Shown: one piece after another, positions 45,522 to 55,747 of the stretch
How the letters are laid out: the number at the start of each line of letters is the position of its first letter
Position numbering within the stretch: position 1 is the first letter of the stretch
Assembly (NCBI RefSeq): GCF_057098645.1
Contig: NZ_CM169472.1
Direction: 5' to 3' (one strand)
Length of the DNA stretch: 64,000 nt
Translations under genes and position numbers: made by a program
Notes under the pieces: generated by a model
Told to the model about the DNA's origin: nothing
Seen by the model: only the letters and a program-made list of their open reading frames with translations
The model's database searches: none

Positions 45522-46340
45522 TTAAGGCGTTTCTTTAATCCCATCAACGAATGCCTGCAACTCCTCCACCGTGCCATTAAATACATTAAAATCCACCGGA
45601 CCATTGATGCCATCTACCTGTCCACGGTCGGAATGCTGCCAGAAGCGCCAGGCCATTCCGTCATTGTCCGGACGACGTTGATAGTAGTGAGCCACCCACC
45701 ACGGATATTCATTGAAATAGCCCGCCAGATTGGTGTGATAAAAAACGGCTCCTGAGTAAATAATCGGCTTTTTCCCCGTACTTTTTTCGACCATTTTTAG
45801 CCACTGACTTACCCGCTTGCGTAATTCTTTTGCCGATAATTTTCCCCGTTCTTCTACGTCCAGCACGGCAGGGAAATCGCCTTGTGAGAAATCCACCGTT
45901 TGCAGAAATAATCTCGCCTGAACTGAAGCGGATACCGACGGGGAGAAATAATGATACGCCCCACGCAGCAGGCCATTTTCGCGGCTTAGTTGCCAGTTAC
46001 GCGAAAAATAGGGGTCCACCAGCTTTTCGCCTTCCGTCGCCTTAATAAAAGCAAACTGTAAGCGGATACCGTTGTCGCGCATTTTTGCCACCCGCTGCCA
46101 GTCGATCCGCTCCTGCCAGCGCGAAACATCTATTCCGTGAATGGTGTAACTGGCAGGAATGCGAATAGCGAAAGATTTAACCGGGCGATAACCGTAGAAG
46201 TGGATGTAGTCTGTAATCTGAACTGCTGTCGAATAGAAAAAATTCACCGTCTGACGCGGATAAATTGCAACGATGGAAATTAGCCCAAGAGCGCATAATA
46301 GAGAGGTGAGTTTTTTTCGACTGGTAATTCTTAGCTGCAT
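45522..46340 (-). CDS. yegX: Glycoside hydrolase family 25 (lysozyme/muramidase-like) protein with N-terminal membrane anchor
   Basis: ORF 45522..46349 (start uncertain); hydrophobic N-terminus LTSLLCALGLISIVAIY followed by GH25-like domain (IHGIDVSRWQ...). Confidence 0.75.
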   Translation of the reverse strand: MQLRITSRKKLTSLLCALGLISIVAIYPRQTVNFFYSTAVQITDYIHFYGYRPVKSFAIRIPASYTIHGIDVSRWQERIDWQRVAKMRDNGIRLQFAFIKATEGEKLVDPYFSRNWQLSRENGLLRGAYHYFSPSVSASVQARLFLQTVDFSQGDFPAVLDVEERGKLSAKELRKRVSQWLKMVEKSTGKKPIIYSGAVFYHTNLAGYFNEYPWWVAHYYQRRPDNDGMAWRFWQHSDRGQVDGINGPVDFNVFNGTVEELQAFVDGIKETP

Positions 46341-46404
46341 TGGTTTCATCCCTGAATGTCAGTGCCAAAGGCTGACAATAACCAAAGCAGCTATAGTACG
46401 GTGC

Positions 46405-47205
46405 TCACCACCAGGCGTGGAAGTGGTGAACCGGACCAATACCGTGACCAACTTCCAGCGTGTCGGCCTGGGCTAACGCCGATGAAAGCCAGCTTTTTGC
46501 CTCCTGTACGGTGTCAGCCCAGTTTGTATGGCGCGGGCGTAGTGCAGCCAACGCCGCAGAGAGTGTACAACCAGTGCCGTGGGTGTTTTTGGTCATAATG
46601 CGCGGTGCGGTAAACCGTTGTTCACCCTCGCGGGTAAACAGCCAGTCCGGGCTTTGCTCATCATCCAGATGACCACCTTTCATTAGCACTGCGCCACAGC
46701 CCATCGCCAACAGCGATCGCCCTTGTTCCAGCATTTCCTGTTCGGTGCGCGCGTGTGGCGCGTCGAGCAAGGCGGCAGCTTCGGGCAAGTTTGGCGTTAT
46801 TAATGAAACCTGTGGCAATAATCGACTGCGCAGCGTAGCAACCGCCGAAGGTGAAAGCAGCGGGTCGCCGCTTTTTGCCAGCATAACGGTGTCGAGTACC
46901 ACGTTTTGGATCTGATAACGTTGCAACCGTTCTGCCACCGCTTCAACAATATCGGTTTCCGCCAGCATACCGATTTTAGTGGTATCGATTCGCACATCGC
47001 TGAACACCGAATCGAGCTGGGCGGCGACAAAATCAGGCTCAATGCGATACACCGACTGTACGCCACGGGTATTTTGCGCCACCAGTGCAGTAATAACTGA
47101 GCAACCATAAGCGCCAAGTGCCGAGAAGGTTTTAAGATCGGCCTGAATCCCCGCACCACCACTCGGATCAGTACCGGCAATCGTCAGAGCGTTAATTCGT
47201 TTCAT
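46405..47205 (-). CDS. thiD: Hydroxymethylpyrimidine/phosphomethylpyrimidine kinase
   Basis: 266-aa [30 protein letters not shown]... Confidence 0.9.
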   Translation of the reverse strand: MKRINALTIAGTDPSGGAGIQADLKTFSALGAYGCSVITALVAQNTRGVQSVYRIEPDFVAAQLDSVFSDVRIDTTKIGMLAETDIVEAVAERLQRYQIQNVVLDTVMLAKSGDPLLSPSAVATLRSRLLPQVSLITPNLPEAAALLDAPHARTEQEMLEQGRSLLAMGCGAVLMKGGHLDDEQSPDWLFTREGEQRFTAPRIMTKNTHGTGCTLSAALAALRPRHTNWADTVQEAKSWLSSALAQADTLEVGHGIGPVHHFHAWW

Positions 47206-47990
47206 GCCTGCACCTCCTGCGTCAATTGCCAGAGCGCATCAAGGAAATGTGGAACAAAACTGCCTGGCCCCTCGCTTCTGGCGACTGCGCGTTCTCCGGC
47301 TTGTTTCATCCAGTGACAGGCAGATGCGACATTTTCCAGCGTATCGCCTGGTAACGCACAGCAGGCAGCGACAACCGCCGATAATGCACAGCCAGTTCCT
47401 ACCACTTTGGTCATTAACGGATCACCACCGTGAATACCAATGATACGATGTCCATCGGTAACATAATCCATCTCGCCAGTGACCACGACGATTGCGCCAG
47501 TTTCCCGTGCCAGTGTTTGTGCAGCGGGTATCGCGTTAGCTGCGGCGTCAGTGGTATCCACTCCCCGTCCGCCATTAGCAATGCCAGCTAATGCCATGAT
47601 TTCCGAAGCATTACCACGTATCGCTGCCGGTTTAAAAGATAAAAGTTCATGACAAAAATGGCGGCGATAATCGAGCGCACCCACCGCTACTGGATCAAGC
47701 GTCCAGGGTGTTTGAGCGCTTTTTGCTTGCTCAACGGCAGCACGCATCGCCTGAGCGCGTGGCTGCGTCAGTGTGCCAACGTTAATCAACAAGGCACTGG
47801 CGATAGCCGCAAACTGACTGGCCTCTTCGGTTTCGATAACCATCGCTGGCGATGCACCGAGCGCCTGCAAGGTATTGGCGGTAAAGGTTTGCACCACATC
47901 ATTGGTCATGCAGTGCACAAGAGGGGAATGTTGGTGAAAAAGGTGTAACGCGTGCGCAGATTGCGCTGAACCCAGCAGGTCGACTTGCAT
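47202..47990 (-). CDS. thiM: Hydroxyethylthiazole kinase
   Basis: 262-aa ORF; start overlaps thiD. Confidence 0.9.
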   Translation of the reverse strand: MQVDLLGSAQSAHALHLFHQHSPLVHCMTNDVVQTFTANTLQALGASPAMVIETEEASQFAAIASALLINVGTLTQPRAQAMRAAVEQAKSAQTPWTLDPVAVGALDYRRHFCHELLSFKPAAIRGNASEIMALAGIANGGRGVDTTDAAANAIPAAQTLARETGAIVVVTGEMDYVTDGHRIIGIHGGDPLMTKVVGTGCALSAVVAACCALPGDTLENVASACHWMKQAGERAVARSEGPGSFVPHFLDALWQLTQEVQA

Positions 47991-47994
47991 AGTT

Positions 47995-48118
47995 TGCTCC
48001 TGCCATAACGTGAAGAAGCAATGACCTGGTGGTCCGTGACTTCCCTACGCTGGCATTATCCAGATCAGGTGATACGGGTATTTCTCAGCCTTCACGCAGA
48101 AGGGCACCCCGAGTCGTT
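47995..48118 (-). promoter_or_regulatory. TPP (THI-box) riboswitch in the thiM 5' leader
   Basis: Minus-strand leader reads ...ggggtgcccttctgcgtgaaggctgagaaatacccgtatcacctgatctggataatgccagcgtagggaa..., the conserved THI-element core (CUGAGA, ACCUGAUCUGGAUAAUGCCAGCG). Confidence 0.8.
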
Positions 48119-48212
48119 TGGTTGCGATGATAAATCGCAGAGGAGGATGGTAATGTCCAGCGCACGCGTTGTAAACGAGGAAAAACGGCAGTTTTACAAT
48201 CGCGTTAATAAA

Positions 48213-48485
48213 TTATTTGATATATGAATCCAGCACCTTCAGAACGACATCCAGATCTTCTTCACGTTTTAGCTCATCCCCCTGGTGAACGATGTGTTCC
48301 GTCAGATGACCTTTAATCACTTCCCGCATCAGACCGTTTACCGCGCCACGGATAGCAGCAATCTGTTGTAAAACTGCAGCGCATTCGTGCGGCTCGTCGA
48401 GCATTTTCTTGAGCGCCACGACCTGGCCCTGAATCTTACTGGCACGCGCTTTCAGTTTCTGTTTATCACGGATTGTATGAGACAT
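48213..48485 (-). CDS. rcnR: Ni/Co-responsive repressor RcnR (CsoR/RcnR family)
   Basis: 90-aa all-helical [24 protein letters not shown]... Confidence 0.9.
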
Positions 48486-48533
48486 GGCAACACCTGGTTA
48501 ACAAGAATATGAAAAATCATAGCACTATTAATC

Positions 48534-48568
48534 TACTGGGGGGTAGTATCAGGTACTGGGGGGGAGTA
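48534..48568. promoter_or_regulatory. Two tandem RcnR operators of TACT-G6/7-N-AGTA type in the rcnR-rcnA divergent promoter region
   Basis: tactggggggtagta (48534-48548) and tactgggggggagta (48554-48568). Confidence 0.7.
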
Positions 48569-48605
48569 GAATCAGATTGCCGAATTAATACTAAGAATTA
48601 TTATC

Positions 48606-49430
48606 ATGACCGAATGTACAACTCTTCTTCAGCAAGGAAACGCCTGGTTCTTCATCCCCAGCGCCATCTTACTTGGTGCGCTTCATGGCCTGGAACCAGG
48701 GCACTCAAAAACGATGATGGCGGCGTTTATCATCGCCATCAAAGGCACCATTAAACAAGCGGTGATGCTCGGACTGGCAGCAACTATTTCGCATACCGCA
48801 GTGGTCTGGTTAATTGCCTTTGGCGGGATGGTGATCAGTAAGCGCTTTACTGCTCAATCAGCAGAACCGTGGCTCCAGCTGATTTCCGCAGTGATCATTA
48901 TTAGCACCGCGTTCTGGATGTTCTGGCGTACCTGGCGCGGCGAACGCAACTGGCTGGAGAATATGCACGGGCATGATTATGAGCATCATCATCACGATCA
49001 CGAAGATCACCACGACCATGGACATCATCACCATCACGAACATGGCGAGTATCAGGATGCCCATGCACGAGCCCATGCCAATGATATTAAACGACGCTTT
49101 GATGGTAGAGAGGTCACCAACTGGCAAATTTTGTTATTTGGCTTAACAGGTGGTCTTATCCCCTGTCCGGCAGCAATTACCGTGCTGTTGATTTGCATTC
49201 AGTTGAAAGCCCTGACACTGGGCGCAACACTGGTCGTCAGTTTCAGCATTGGCCTGGCGTTAACGCTGGTCACCGTAGGCGTTGGCGCAGCAATCAGCGT
49301 TCAGCAGGTCGCAAAACGCTGGAGCGGATTTAACACTCTCGCTAAACGCGCCCCCTATTTTTCCAGTCTGTTGATTGGCTTAGTTGGTGTGTATATGGGC
49401 GTACATGGCTTCATGGGCATAATGCGATAA
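48606..49430 (+). CDS. rcnA: Ni/Co efflux membrane protein RcnA with histidine-rich cytoplasmic loop
   Basis: 274-aa ORF with loop HGHDYEHHHHDHEDHHDHGHHHHHEHGEYQDAHARAHA between TM segments. Confidence 0.9.
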   Translation: MTECTTLLQQGNAWFFIPSAILLGALHGLEPGHSKTMMAAFIIAIKGTIKQAVMLGLAATISHTAVVWLIAFGGMVISKRFTAQSAEPWLQLISAVIIISTAFWMFWRTWRGERNWLENMHGHDYEHHHHDHEDHHDHGHHHHHEHGEYQDAHARAHANDIKRRFDGREVTNWQILLFGLTGGLIPCPAAITVLLICIQLKALTLGATLVVSFSIGLALTLVTVGVGAAISVQQVAKRWSGFNTLAKRAPYFSSLLIGLVGVYMGVHGFMGIMR

Positions 49431-49648
49431 CTCAATCCTTTAGGCTTGCATGTTATCTTCAGCCCAGGATGATTCTTAAATCAGCTATTTCCGCTGACTC
49501 TCTGCTCGCTAAGGATGCTTTTAGGGCATCCTTTCATTTACACTTTTTACGAAATCATGGGATCACTAACAAAATATCGCTTGTCAGTTATATTGTATGG
49601 CAGGAAAGATATGCGACTGATATTACAGATCCCCAAAGTGGAGAGTTT

Positions 49649-49987
49649 ATGACCATTAAAAATAAGATGTTGCTGGGTGTGCTTTTGCTGGTTACCAGTG
49701 CCGCCTGGGCCGCACCAGCCACCGCGGGTTCGACCAATACCTCAGGAATTTCTAAGTATGAGTTAAGTAGTTTCATTGCTGACTTTAAGCATTTCAAACC
49801 AGGTGATACCGTCCCAGAGATGTACCGCACCGATGAGTACAACATTAAGCAGTGGCAGTTACGTAACCTGCCCGCGCCTGATGCCGGGACGCACTGGACC
49901 TATATGGGTGGCGCGTACGTGTTGATCAGCGACACCGACGGTAAAATCATTAAAGCCTACGACGGTGAGATTTTTTATCATCGCTAA
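49649..49987 (+). CDS. rcnB: Periplasmic Ni/Co homeostasis protein RcnB
   Basis: ORF 49469..49987; likely start MTIKNKMLLGVLLLVTSAAWA (signal peptide) at 49649, 112 aa. Confidence 0.8.
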   Translation: MTIKNKMLLGVLLLVTSAAWAAPATAGSTNTSGISKYELSSFIADFKHFKPGDTVPEMYRTDEYNIKQWQLRNLPAPDAGTHWTYMGGAYVLISDTDGKIIKAYDGEIFYHR

Positions 49988-50012
49988 AAAAATCCCCCTC
50001 ATCATGAGGGGG
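49984..50012. terminator. Hairpin terminator between convergent rcnB and yehA (clear U-tract on the minus strand)
   Basis: aaaaaaa-tccccctcatcatgaggggga: 10-bp GC-rich stem flanked by an A-run (T-run on the minus strand). Confidence 0.6.
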
Positions 50013-50068
50013 AAATGCAGACACCTTGTTATTTTTTATTATTAGCCACTTGCTCGTCTTGCTTGTTA

Positions 50069-51103
50069 TTAGTCGTATTTCACGTTGATTAATGCGGTTG
50101 CCTCCAGTGCGCCAGATTTAACTTTGTTTGTATCGTAGACGTAGTAACTGGCTGTTATCGGAATTGAAACCGTTGTATCTGTAAGTTTTGACTTTGCCGC
50201 AATTTCTTTTAAATTTGTGTATCCTTTGCTGTTATCAGTGATATTTAAAAGTGTGACTGGCGAACCATTACTTTCAAGAATAAATCCTACGCCATTATCT
50301 TCCGCACCTTTCAGTATTGTGTTGCTGTTGGTTAACAAGTCAGAACTTGATAAATACACCTGCATTTTCCGTGATGTTTGATTTTGTTGACCTAATAAAT
50401 TTTTACAACGCAGAATAATATCCCCTTTTTTACTATTTATTGTTGCTTTGTTACCTGTGGCTGGTAATTGTGAAACGGGAATACCCTCTAAAGTAATTAA
50501 TAAATCGTCCGGTTTGCAGGTTGTGGTTATCGGGTTGTATGACAAGGTCAGATTAAAGGAATAGACACCTGCATTTTGTGCCAATGCATTTCTATAGCTA
50601 TTTACACATGCATCCCATGACTTGCCACCTAATAAACACAGTAGAAATTGTACTGCGGCACTCCCGCGTGTCGATGATGAAGCACTGGATAATGTCGCAA
50701 CACCATTAATCATCACTGAACCGCCGCCCCCCGCAGAAACATTCACTTTTGCATTACTGGCCGCAGGTGTCACCGTTACCGAATAACCATTGGTGAAACT
50801 GGTCTGATTATTTGACAACGTGATGTTATTTTTATTGGTCCATTCAAAATGTAAATTTAATTTAATGGTATCGTTATAAAGTCCAACAATAATATCCGAC
50901 GGGCTCATAGGGGTGATAGTATTTGTACTCACGCATGACGAATCATTAAAATTATGCTCATATGTCGCCATTTGTGTTTGAGTAAGTGCAAAATCCCCCT
51001 GAACAACCAAGTTGTGCTGAACAGATAACTCACTATAACATGCCGCATAGCTCACAGGCATAACCATCATCATTAATATAAATAGCATTATGCGAATTTC
51101 CAT
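50069..51103 (-). CDS. yehA: Fimbrial adhesin-like tip protein (chaperone-usher pilus)
   Basis: 344-aa ORF with signal peptide and Ser/Thr/Asn-rich beta-strand composition typical of fimbrial subunits. Confidence 0.75.
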   Translation of the reverse strand: MEIRIMLFILMMMVMPVSYAACYSELSVQHNLVVQGDFALTQTQMATYEHNFNDSSCVSTNTITPMSPSDIIVGLYNDTIKLNLHFEWTNKNNITLSNNQTSFTNGYSVTVTPAASNAKVNVSAGGGGSVMINGVATLSSASSSTRGSAAVQFLLCLLGGKSWDACVNSYRNALAQNAGVYSFNLTLSYNPITTTCKPDDLLITLEGIPVSQLPATGNKATINSKKGDIILRCKNLLGQQNQTSRKMQVYLSSSDLLTNSNTILKGAEDNGVGFILESNGSPVTLLNITDNSKGYTNLKEIAAKSKLTDTTVSIPITASYYVYDTNKVKSGALEATALINVKYD

Positions 51104-51118
51104 AGAACCACCTGACTA

Positions 51119-53599
51119 TTACTGGCAAATATAATTTCTACTTTCATCAATCTCTTTACCGAAGGTGATTGTGCATGAAAGTCCTTGTTGCTTATCAATT
51201 GCTACATTAACCGATGGCGGTACTTCATTGGTGCGAATAAATAACTGGCTTCCCTGACCGACAACGCCAATATTATGACCATGGATATCATTGACTTCAT
51301 AACCAAACATTAATGGTTGCCCATCCGCTCTTAACGCTTTTATAAACCAGGGCTTGCGCTGATCGGTATCAAAATTAACCAGTACAACCGCGCCGCGATA
51401 AGGGGCGGCAATTTTCCGGTTGCCACGTAATTCTGCTTCGCTATCGCTTTGCGACACATCCAGCATCAGGTGATTTTCCCGATAAGGTGTCATTCCGTCG
51501 TATACCACCACTCCATTACGGTTTGTTGTGCGATATTTTTGCCCATTGACATAAGCATCTTTAATTCCTGGGGCATTCATCACAGCAAACGTTTCGGAAA
51601 GACGGTTCGCCAGATTAACGCCACCCGACCAGGCGACAATGCCCCCAGAAACACTGGCTCCAGCCTGTCGATAAGTACTCGACTGACTATAACTGCCATT
51701 CACTGTCGCAACCGGCGCGTTCCAGGTCAAATTCGCCCCAGCTGTCGTTTCATTTCCCTGATGCTGATAACTCAGGTTGACCCCATAGTTAAACTGATCC
51801 CGGCTTCCAACGGTTCCTGATAATCCCGTATTATTTGAGGCAAACCCCTGATCATCAAACGTCGTTGAGTTAGACATATATATTTGCCGACGAGGCGTCG
51901 TAACGTCATCACCCCAATCAAAGGGAATCGATATAAAAATATTAAATCGTTTCTCTTCATGATGATTCTCGTCATAAGCCTGGCTTGCCGCGAGGGTATA
52001 GCTTATCCGCCGCCAGTTATTGGAATAACTCAACTGATAATCCTTACTGCTGCCGCTACGTCCCCAGTAATCTCGCCATAACGTACTTAAGGACACAGAA
52101 CCCCAGCCTTCTGGCAATGACTGGCTCATATTGGCAGAAAAGCTATTTTTACGGCCAAAATCGTTCTGGTAATAATCGGCAATGTCATAGACATCGTTTT
52201 CATCACGGCGATAATTATCTTTATTGTTTGCCCAAACGTGATCATTAAATGTCCGGTAATCACGCGATGAATAACGCCAGGCCGCAAGACCAAAACGCGT
52301 CGACGTTTGGCTCACAAATTTGTTGTAGGCAATTTGATAACTTTGCCCGTCAAACACATCGCCGTTGTCTTGTTTACTATGCGACTTAGTGGCATCGACG
52401 GAAATGGCACCAATGCGTGTATTCCAGCCAGTCCCCAAAGTAAACGCGTAATAATTATTCGCGACCATCGAGCCGCCATACAGCGTCAATAAATTATTAA
52501 AACCATACTGATAACCCACCTGGACAAATTCACTTTGTTTGCTCGCCCCTTCAATATGGCTACGACCCGCCGCAAAATCATATTTCGACACGCCGGGTTG
52601 CAGCATATTTGGCACCGCTGCATAAGGCACCAGATAGGTGGTTACCGAACCGTCCGCCTCTTTCACGCTGACATCAAGATCTGCTCCACCACCGGCCAAC
52701 TGCAAATCTGTAATCGCGAACGGGCCAGGAGGAACCTCTTTCTGATAAACGACAAAACCATTCTGTTCAATAGTTACCAGCGCGTTACTCTGAGCAATCC
52801 CCTGCACCCGTGGCGTAAAATTTTGTTTCGAGTTAGGCAACATCTGCATATCACGAAACAACCGCACACCTCTGAAGCGAACAGAATCAAAAATATCGCT
52901 TGATGTGTACATATCACCCACGCGAAGCGTGCCGAGAAGTTGGGCAAATCCACGTTCCAGATACAGGGTATTGCTTTTCCACACCCCTGGATTGTTATTT
53001 GTTTTACTGAAACTGGCATCAGAATGCAGTTGCCACCCCAGTAAATTTAACCCGCTGTTAAAACGTACATATGTACTCTTGTTATTACCCGACGCTTTAT
53101 AGTCGCTGTAATACTGACTCAGATAATAAGAGGTATAAAACGCATTAATACCCCGCTCCCAGTTTTCCGGTGGAACATAGCCACTTTCCAGTTCTTCCAC
53201 CCAGGCCTGCGGGACACTGAAATCGAGACGAAAAACCCCGATATCCCAGGTATAGCTCCCACCCTGAACAAGTTGCTCAAATGTTAAACATTGCTTACCG
53301 CTGGCGAAGTTATCGCTATTAATGCCTAACCGCTTGATAACTTCTCTTGATAAACATGTTTCTTGCGGGTTGTCTTTAACAATAATCTCATATTTCCCGC
53401 GCCATTGCTTATTGACATAAATATCGATGTCATACTGCCCCGGTAAGGGTTGATTATCATCAAGACGAATATTTGCAACCTGCTGGTCTTTCATTCCACC
53501 TATCATAAAATGGGTATCAAAGGTTTCTTCAGCTGCATAAGCTTCAATGCCGAGCAATAACGCTACGATTGCTGATGCAAGTGGGGTCATTCTCAACAT
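51119..53599 (-). CDS. yehB: Fimbrial outer-membrane usher
   Basis: ORF 51119..53614; likely start MLRMTPLASAIVALLLGIEAYA (53599); about 826 aa, usher-like. Confidence 0.85.
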   Translation of the reverse strand: MLRMTPLASAIVALLLGIEAYAAEETFDTHFMIGGMKDQQVANIRLDDNQPLPGQYDIDIYVNKQWRGKYEIIVKDNPQETCLSREVIKRLGINSDNFASGKQCLTFEQLVQGGSYTWDIGVFRLDFSVPQAWVEELESGYVPPENWERGINAFYTSYYLSQYYSDYKASGNNKSTYVRFNSGLNLLGWQLHSDASFSKTNNNPGVWKSNTLYLERGFAQLLGTLRVGDMYTSSDIFDSVRFRGVRLFRDMQMLPNSKQNFTPRVQGIAQSNALVTIEQNGFVVYQKEVPPGPFAITDLQLAGGGADLDVSVKEADGSVTTYLVPYAAVPNMLQPGVSKYDFAAGRSHIEGASKQSEFVQVGYQYGFNNLLTLYGGSMVANNYYAFTLGTGWNTRIGAISVDATKSHSKQDNGDVFDGQSYQIAYNKFVSQTSTRFGLAAWRYSSRDYRTFNDHVWANNKDNYRRDENDVYDIADYYQNDFGRKNSFSANMSQSLPEGWGSVSLSTLWRDYWGRSGSSKDYQLSYSNNWRRISYTLAASQAYDENHHEEKRFNIFISIPFDWGDDVTTPRRQIYMSNSTTFDDQGFASNNTGLSGTVGSRDQFNYGVNLSYQHQGNETTAGANLTWNAPVATVNGSYSQSSTYRQAGASVSGGIVAWSGGVNLANRLSETFAVMNAPGIKDAYVNGQKYRTTNRNGVVVYDGMTPYRENHLMLDVSQSDSEAELRGNRKIAAPYRGAVVLVNFDTDQRKPWFIKALRADGQPLMFGYEVNDIHGHNIGVVGQGSQLFIRTNEVPPSVNVAIDKQQGLSCTITFGKEIDESRNYICQ

Positions 53600-53614
53600 A
53601 GGCAGCTCCTGCAA

Positions 53615-54334
53615 TTAAATTTTGTCACTAATATAGTTGCCATGGTCATCGATAATGGTCAGATGCCAGTTATTTGCATTATTACTTTTGACATTAACAC
53701 TCTGACTTTCTAAGGGGGCAATCATAATAGTTTCATAATTGACTTTGACATTATTAGCTTTGACATCCGAAATCGTCACCCAATTAGCTGAGTCATTTTT
53801 TATCACCAAACCATTGCCACTGCGATTTACCAGCAATTTTTTAAATGTCGCTTTATTTACCGGAGCAATACCCGCTGGCCGGTAAAACAACTTAATTCTG
53901 TTTTGCATCGCAAACTTCAGTGCATTCTTACCTTCTTGCTCTGGACTATTTGGTGGAATATCCAGAACATTCAGATAAAAAATGCTTTCTTTATTAGTGG
54001 GCAGTTTATTCGGCATAATTTTGATTTTTACTTGCTGCCCGGAATTTGCCCCTATTTTTGCCACTGGTGGCGTTAACATGAAAGGAACCTGAATTTTTTC
54101 TGGTGGTAATGACGTATCGCCATCATCAATCCACGCCTGCAGCAGCGAAGAACGGTTTCCCTGGTTCATCAACTGCACCATCACTTCTTTATTTTCTGCC
54201 GGGTAAATAATGCGCGTCCCGTAGATAACAATTCCGGCATGTGCAGGAAGGACCATAGAAAAAATGAGTAAAGATAATAATCCTTTCATTTTAATGCCTC
54301 TTAAATTAAAAGGCCGCCATGGGATAGCGGCCAT
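53615..54334 (-). CDS. yehC: Periplasmic fimbrial chaperone (PapD-like)
   Basis: 239-aa ORF (start may be the internal MKGLLSLLIF); PapD-like fold features. Confidence 0.8.
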   Translation of the reverse strand: MAAIPWRPFNLRGIKMKGLLSLLIFSMVLPAHAGIVIYGTRIIYPAENKEVMVQLMNQGNRSSLLQAWIDDGDTSLPPEKIQVPFMLTPPVAKIGANSGQQVKIKIMPNKLPTNKESIFYLNVLDIPPNSPEQEGKNALKFAMQNRIKLFYRPAGIAPVNKATFKKLLVNRSGNGLVIKNDSANWVTISDVKANNVKVNYETIMIAPLESQSVNVKSNNANNWHLTIIDDHGNYISDKI

Positions 54335-54368
54335 GTTTATTACCTGGAGAAACTTACAATTTTATTTA

Positions 54369-54911
54369 TTAATCCTGCGCCACACGCATAACCAGAGAAG
54401 ATAACACATAACCTGATTGCACTGAGTTATCTGTCAGTTTCAGGTATTTTGCTTTAAACGGAATAGCATATTGACCTTCCGCTGTTTTATAACTCTCAAT
54501 GTTAAAAGGTGCAGAAACATCCAGGACATCGCTGTTATCACCTAAATAGAGATAGTAACCCACGGTATCGTTGCTACTGGCTATCGCCTTATCGTTACCG
54601 GTTATTTTATCGTTGGTAATCAACGAGAGTTTTACACCAGCAACTTCTTTCGGGCAGCTAATTTTTAACATGCTGCTGGTTACACCGACTGCATCATCAT
54701 AGGTAGAATATTTAGCTTTACCTTCAAAGACACTGGTTGGTACAGTCGGCATATTAATACTTACTGAATCACCACCCGCTTCGAATTTACACGGAGATTC
54801 TGCAATATTCCCCTTAATAGTTAATGTTCCGGTATCAACGTCTGCAGCAAATACTCCAGCGCTCATAAAAAAAGAAGAAAAGACAGCGGCAGCAATAATT
54901 GAACGTTTCAT
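54369..54911 (-). CDS. yehD: Major fimbrial subunit
   Basis: 180-aa ORF with signal peptide MKRSIIAAAVFSSFFMSAGVFA and fimbrillin-like C-terminus. Confidence 0.8.
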   Translation of the reverse strand: MKRSIIAAAVFSSFFMSAGVFAADVDTGTLTIKGNIAESPCKFEAGGDSVSINMPTVPTSVFEGKAKYSTYDDAVGVTSSMLKISCPKEVAGVKLSLITNDKITGNDKAIASSNDTVGYYLYLGDNSDVLDVSAPFNIESYKTAEGQYAIPFKAKYLKLTDNSVQSGYVLSSLVMRVAQD

Positions 54912-55130
54912 AATATGTTCCTTAATAAAATTTATTTTTGGTTGTTAAGAGTCTGTATCTCTTGGAAACAAATTTCTCACATCAAAAAAGTTGCCGCAAT
55001 GTAAACACATTGTTTTATTGATTTAAAACAAATTAACCATTGCAATATAAATACAAAAAATATTTAAGAGTATTAACTGTTTATCGCATCTATCAATTAA
55101 TGTAGATTTATGTAAATGGTATTGTTGATA

Positions 55131-55174
55131 TCAATAAAAAAGCCAAAATCATTTATATAAATGATTTCGGCTTT
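55131..55174 (-). terminator. Candidate rho-independent terminator downstream of yehE
   Basis: Minus strand: aaagccgaaatcatttatataaatgattttggcttt hairpin followed by TTTTTTATT. Confidence 0.5.
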
Positions 55175-55203
55175 CTAAATGCAATTAAAATCAGGTTGCC
55201 AAA

Positions 55204-55485
55204 TTAATCGTAGCGATTTAACACGATTCGACGTTTGCTATCGCTACCTGCAACAACCACTTCTGTCGTTACACCTTTGACGGGCGAAGAAAACAGATGA
55301 CGGGTGTCAACATTATACGTTAACTGACCACAATGCTGTTGAGGTTGACCATTAACCATAGCCATACTGCATGTTGGGGGACTGATCCTGCCATTAATCG
55401 CTAATGTGGCAGTCTCTGAAGAGAATGCGGGAGAAGCCAATCCATAGGCAAGAAAAATAATTCCTGACAGCCAATACTTATTCAT
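55204..55485 (-). CDS. yehE: Small secreted protein of unknown function
   Basis: 93-aa ORF with signal peptide MNKYWLSGIIFLAYGLASPAFS. Confidence 0.7.
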   Translation of the reverse strand: MNKYWLSGIIFLAYGLASPAFSSETATLAINGRISPPTCSMAMVNGQPQQHCGQLTYNVDTRHLFSSPVKGVTTEVVVAGSDSKRRIVLNRYD

Positions 55486-55747
55486 TGAACGTTATCCCTG
55501 TAGTAAAGGTTATGCCTAGATAGAATGAGTGCATAACAAACTATAGCTGTACATCCACTACACAGCCACGAAGGATGATAATGAAGCATTGCCTGTATGA
55601 TCAATCGACTTTGTAGAGTTTCGGACGAAGGTCCGCAGAATATTCGCAGTATTAAATAAGTGTTCATTAATGCGGCAAAAACTAATACACCGCATCAATG
55701 TAACATCTCTGCGGTGTATGAAGAATAACCAGAATGGTTAATAGGCG

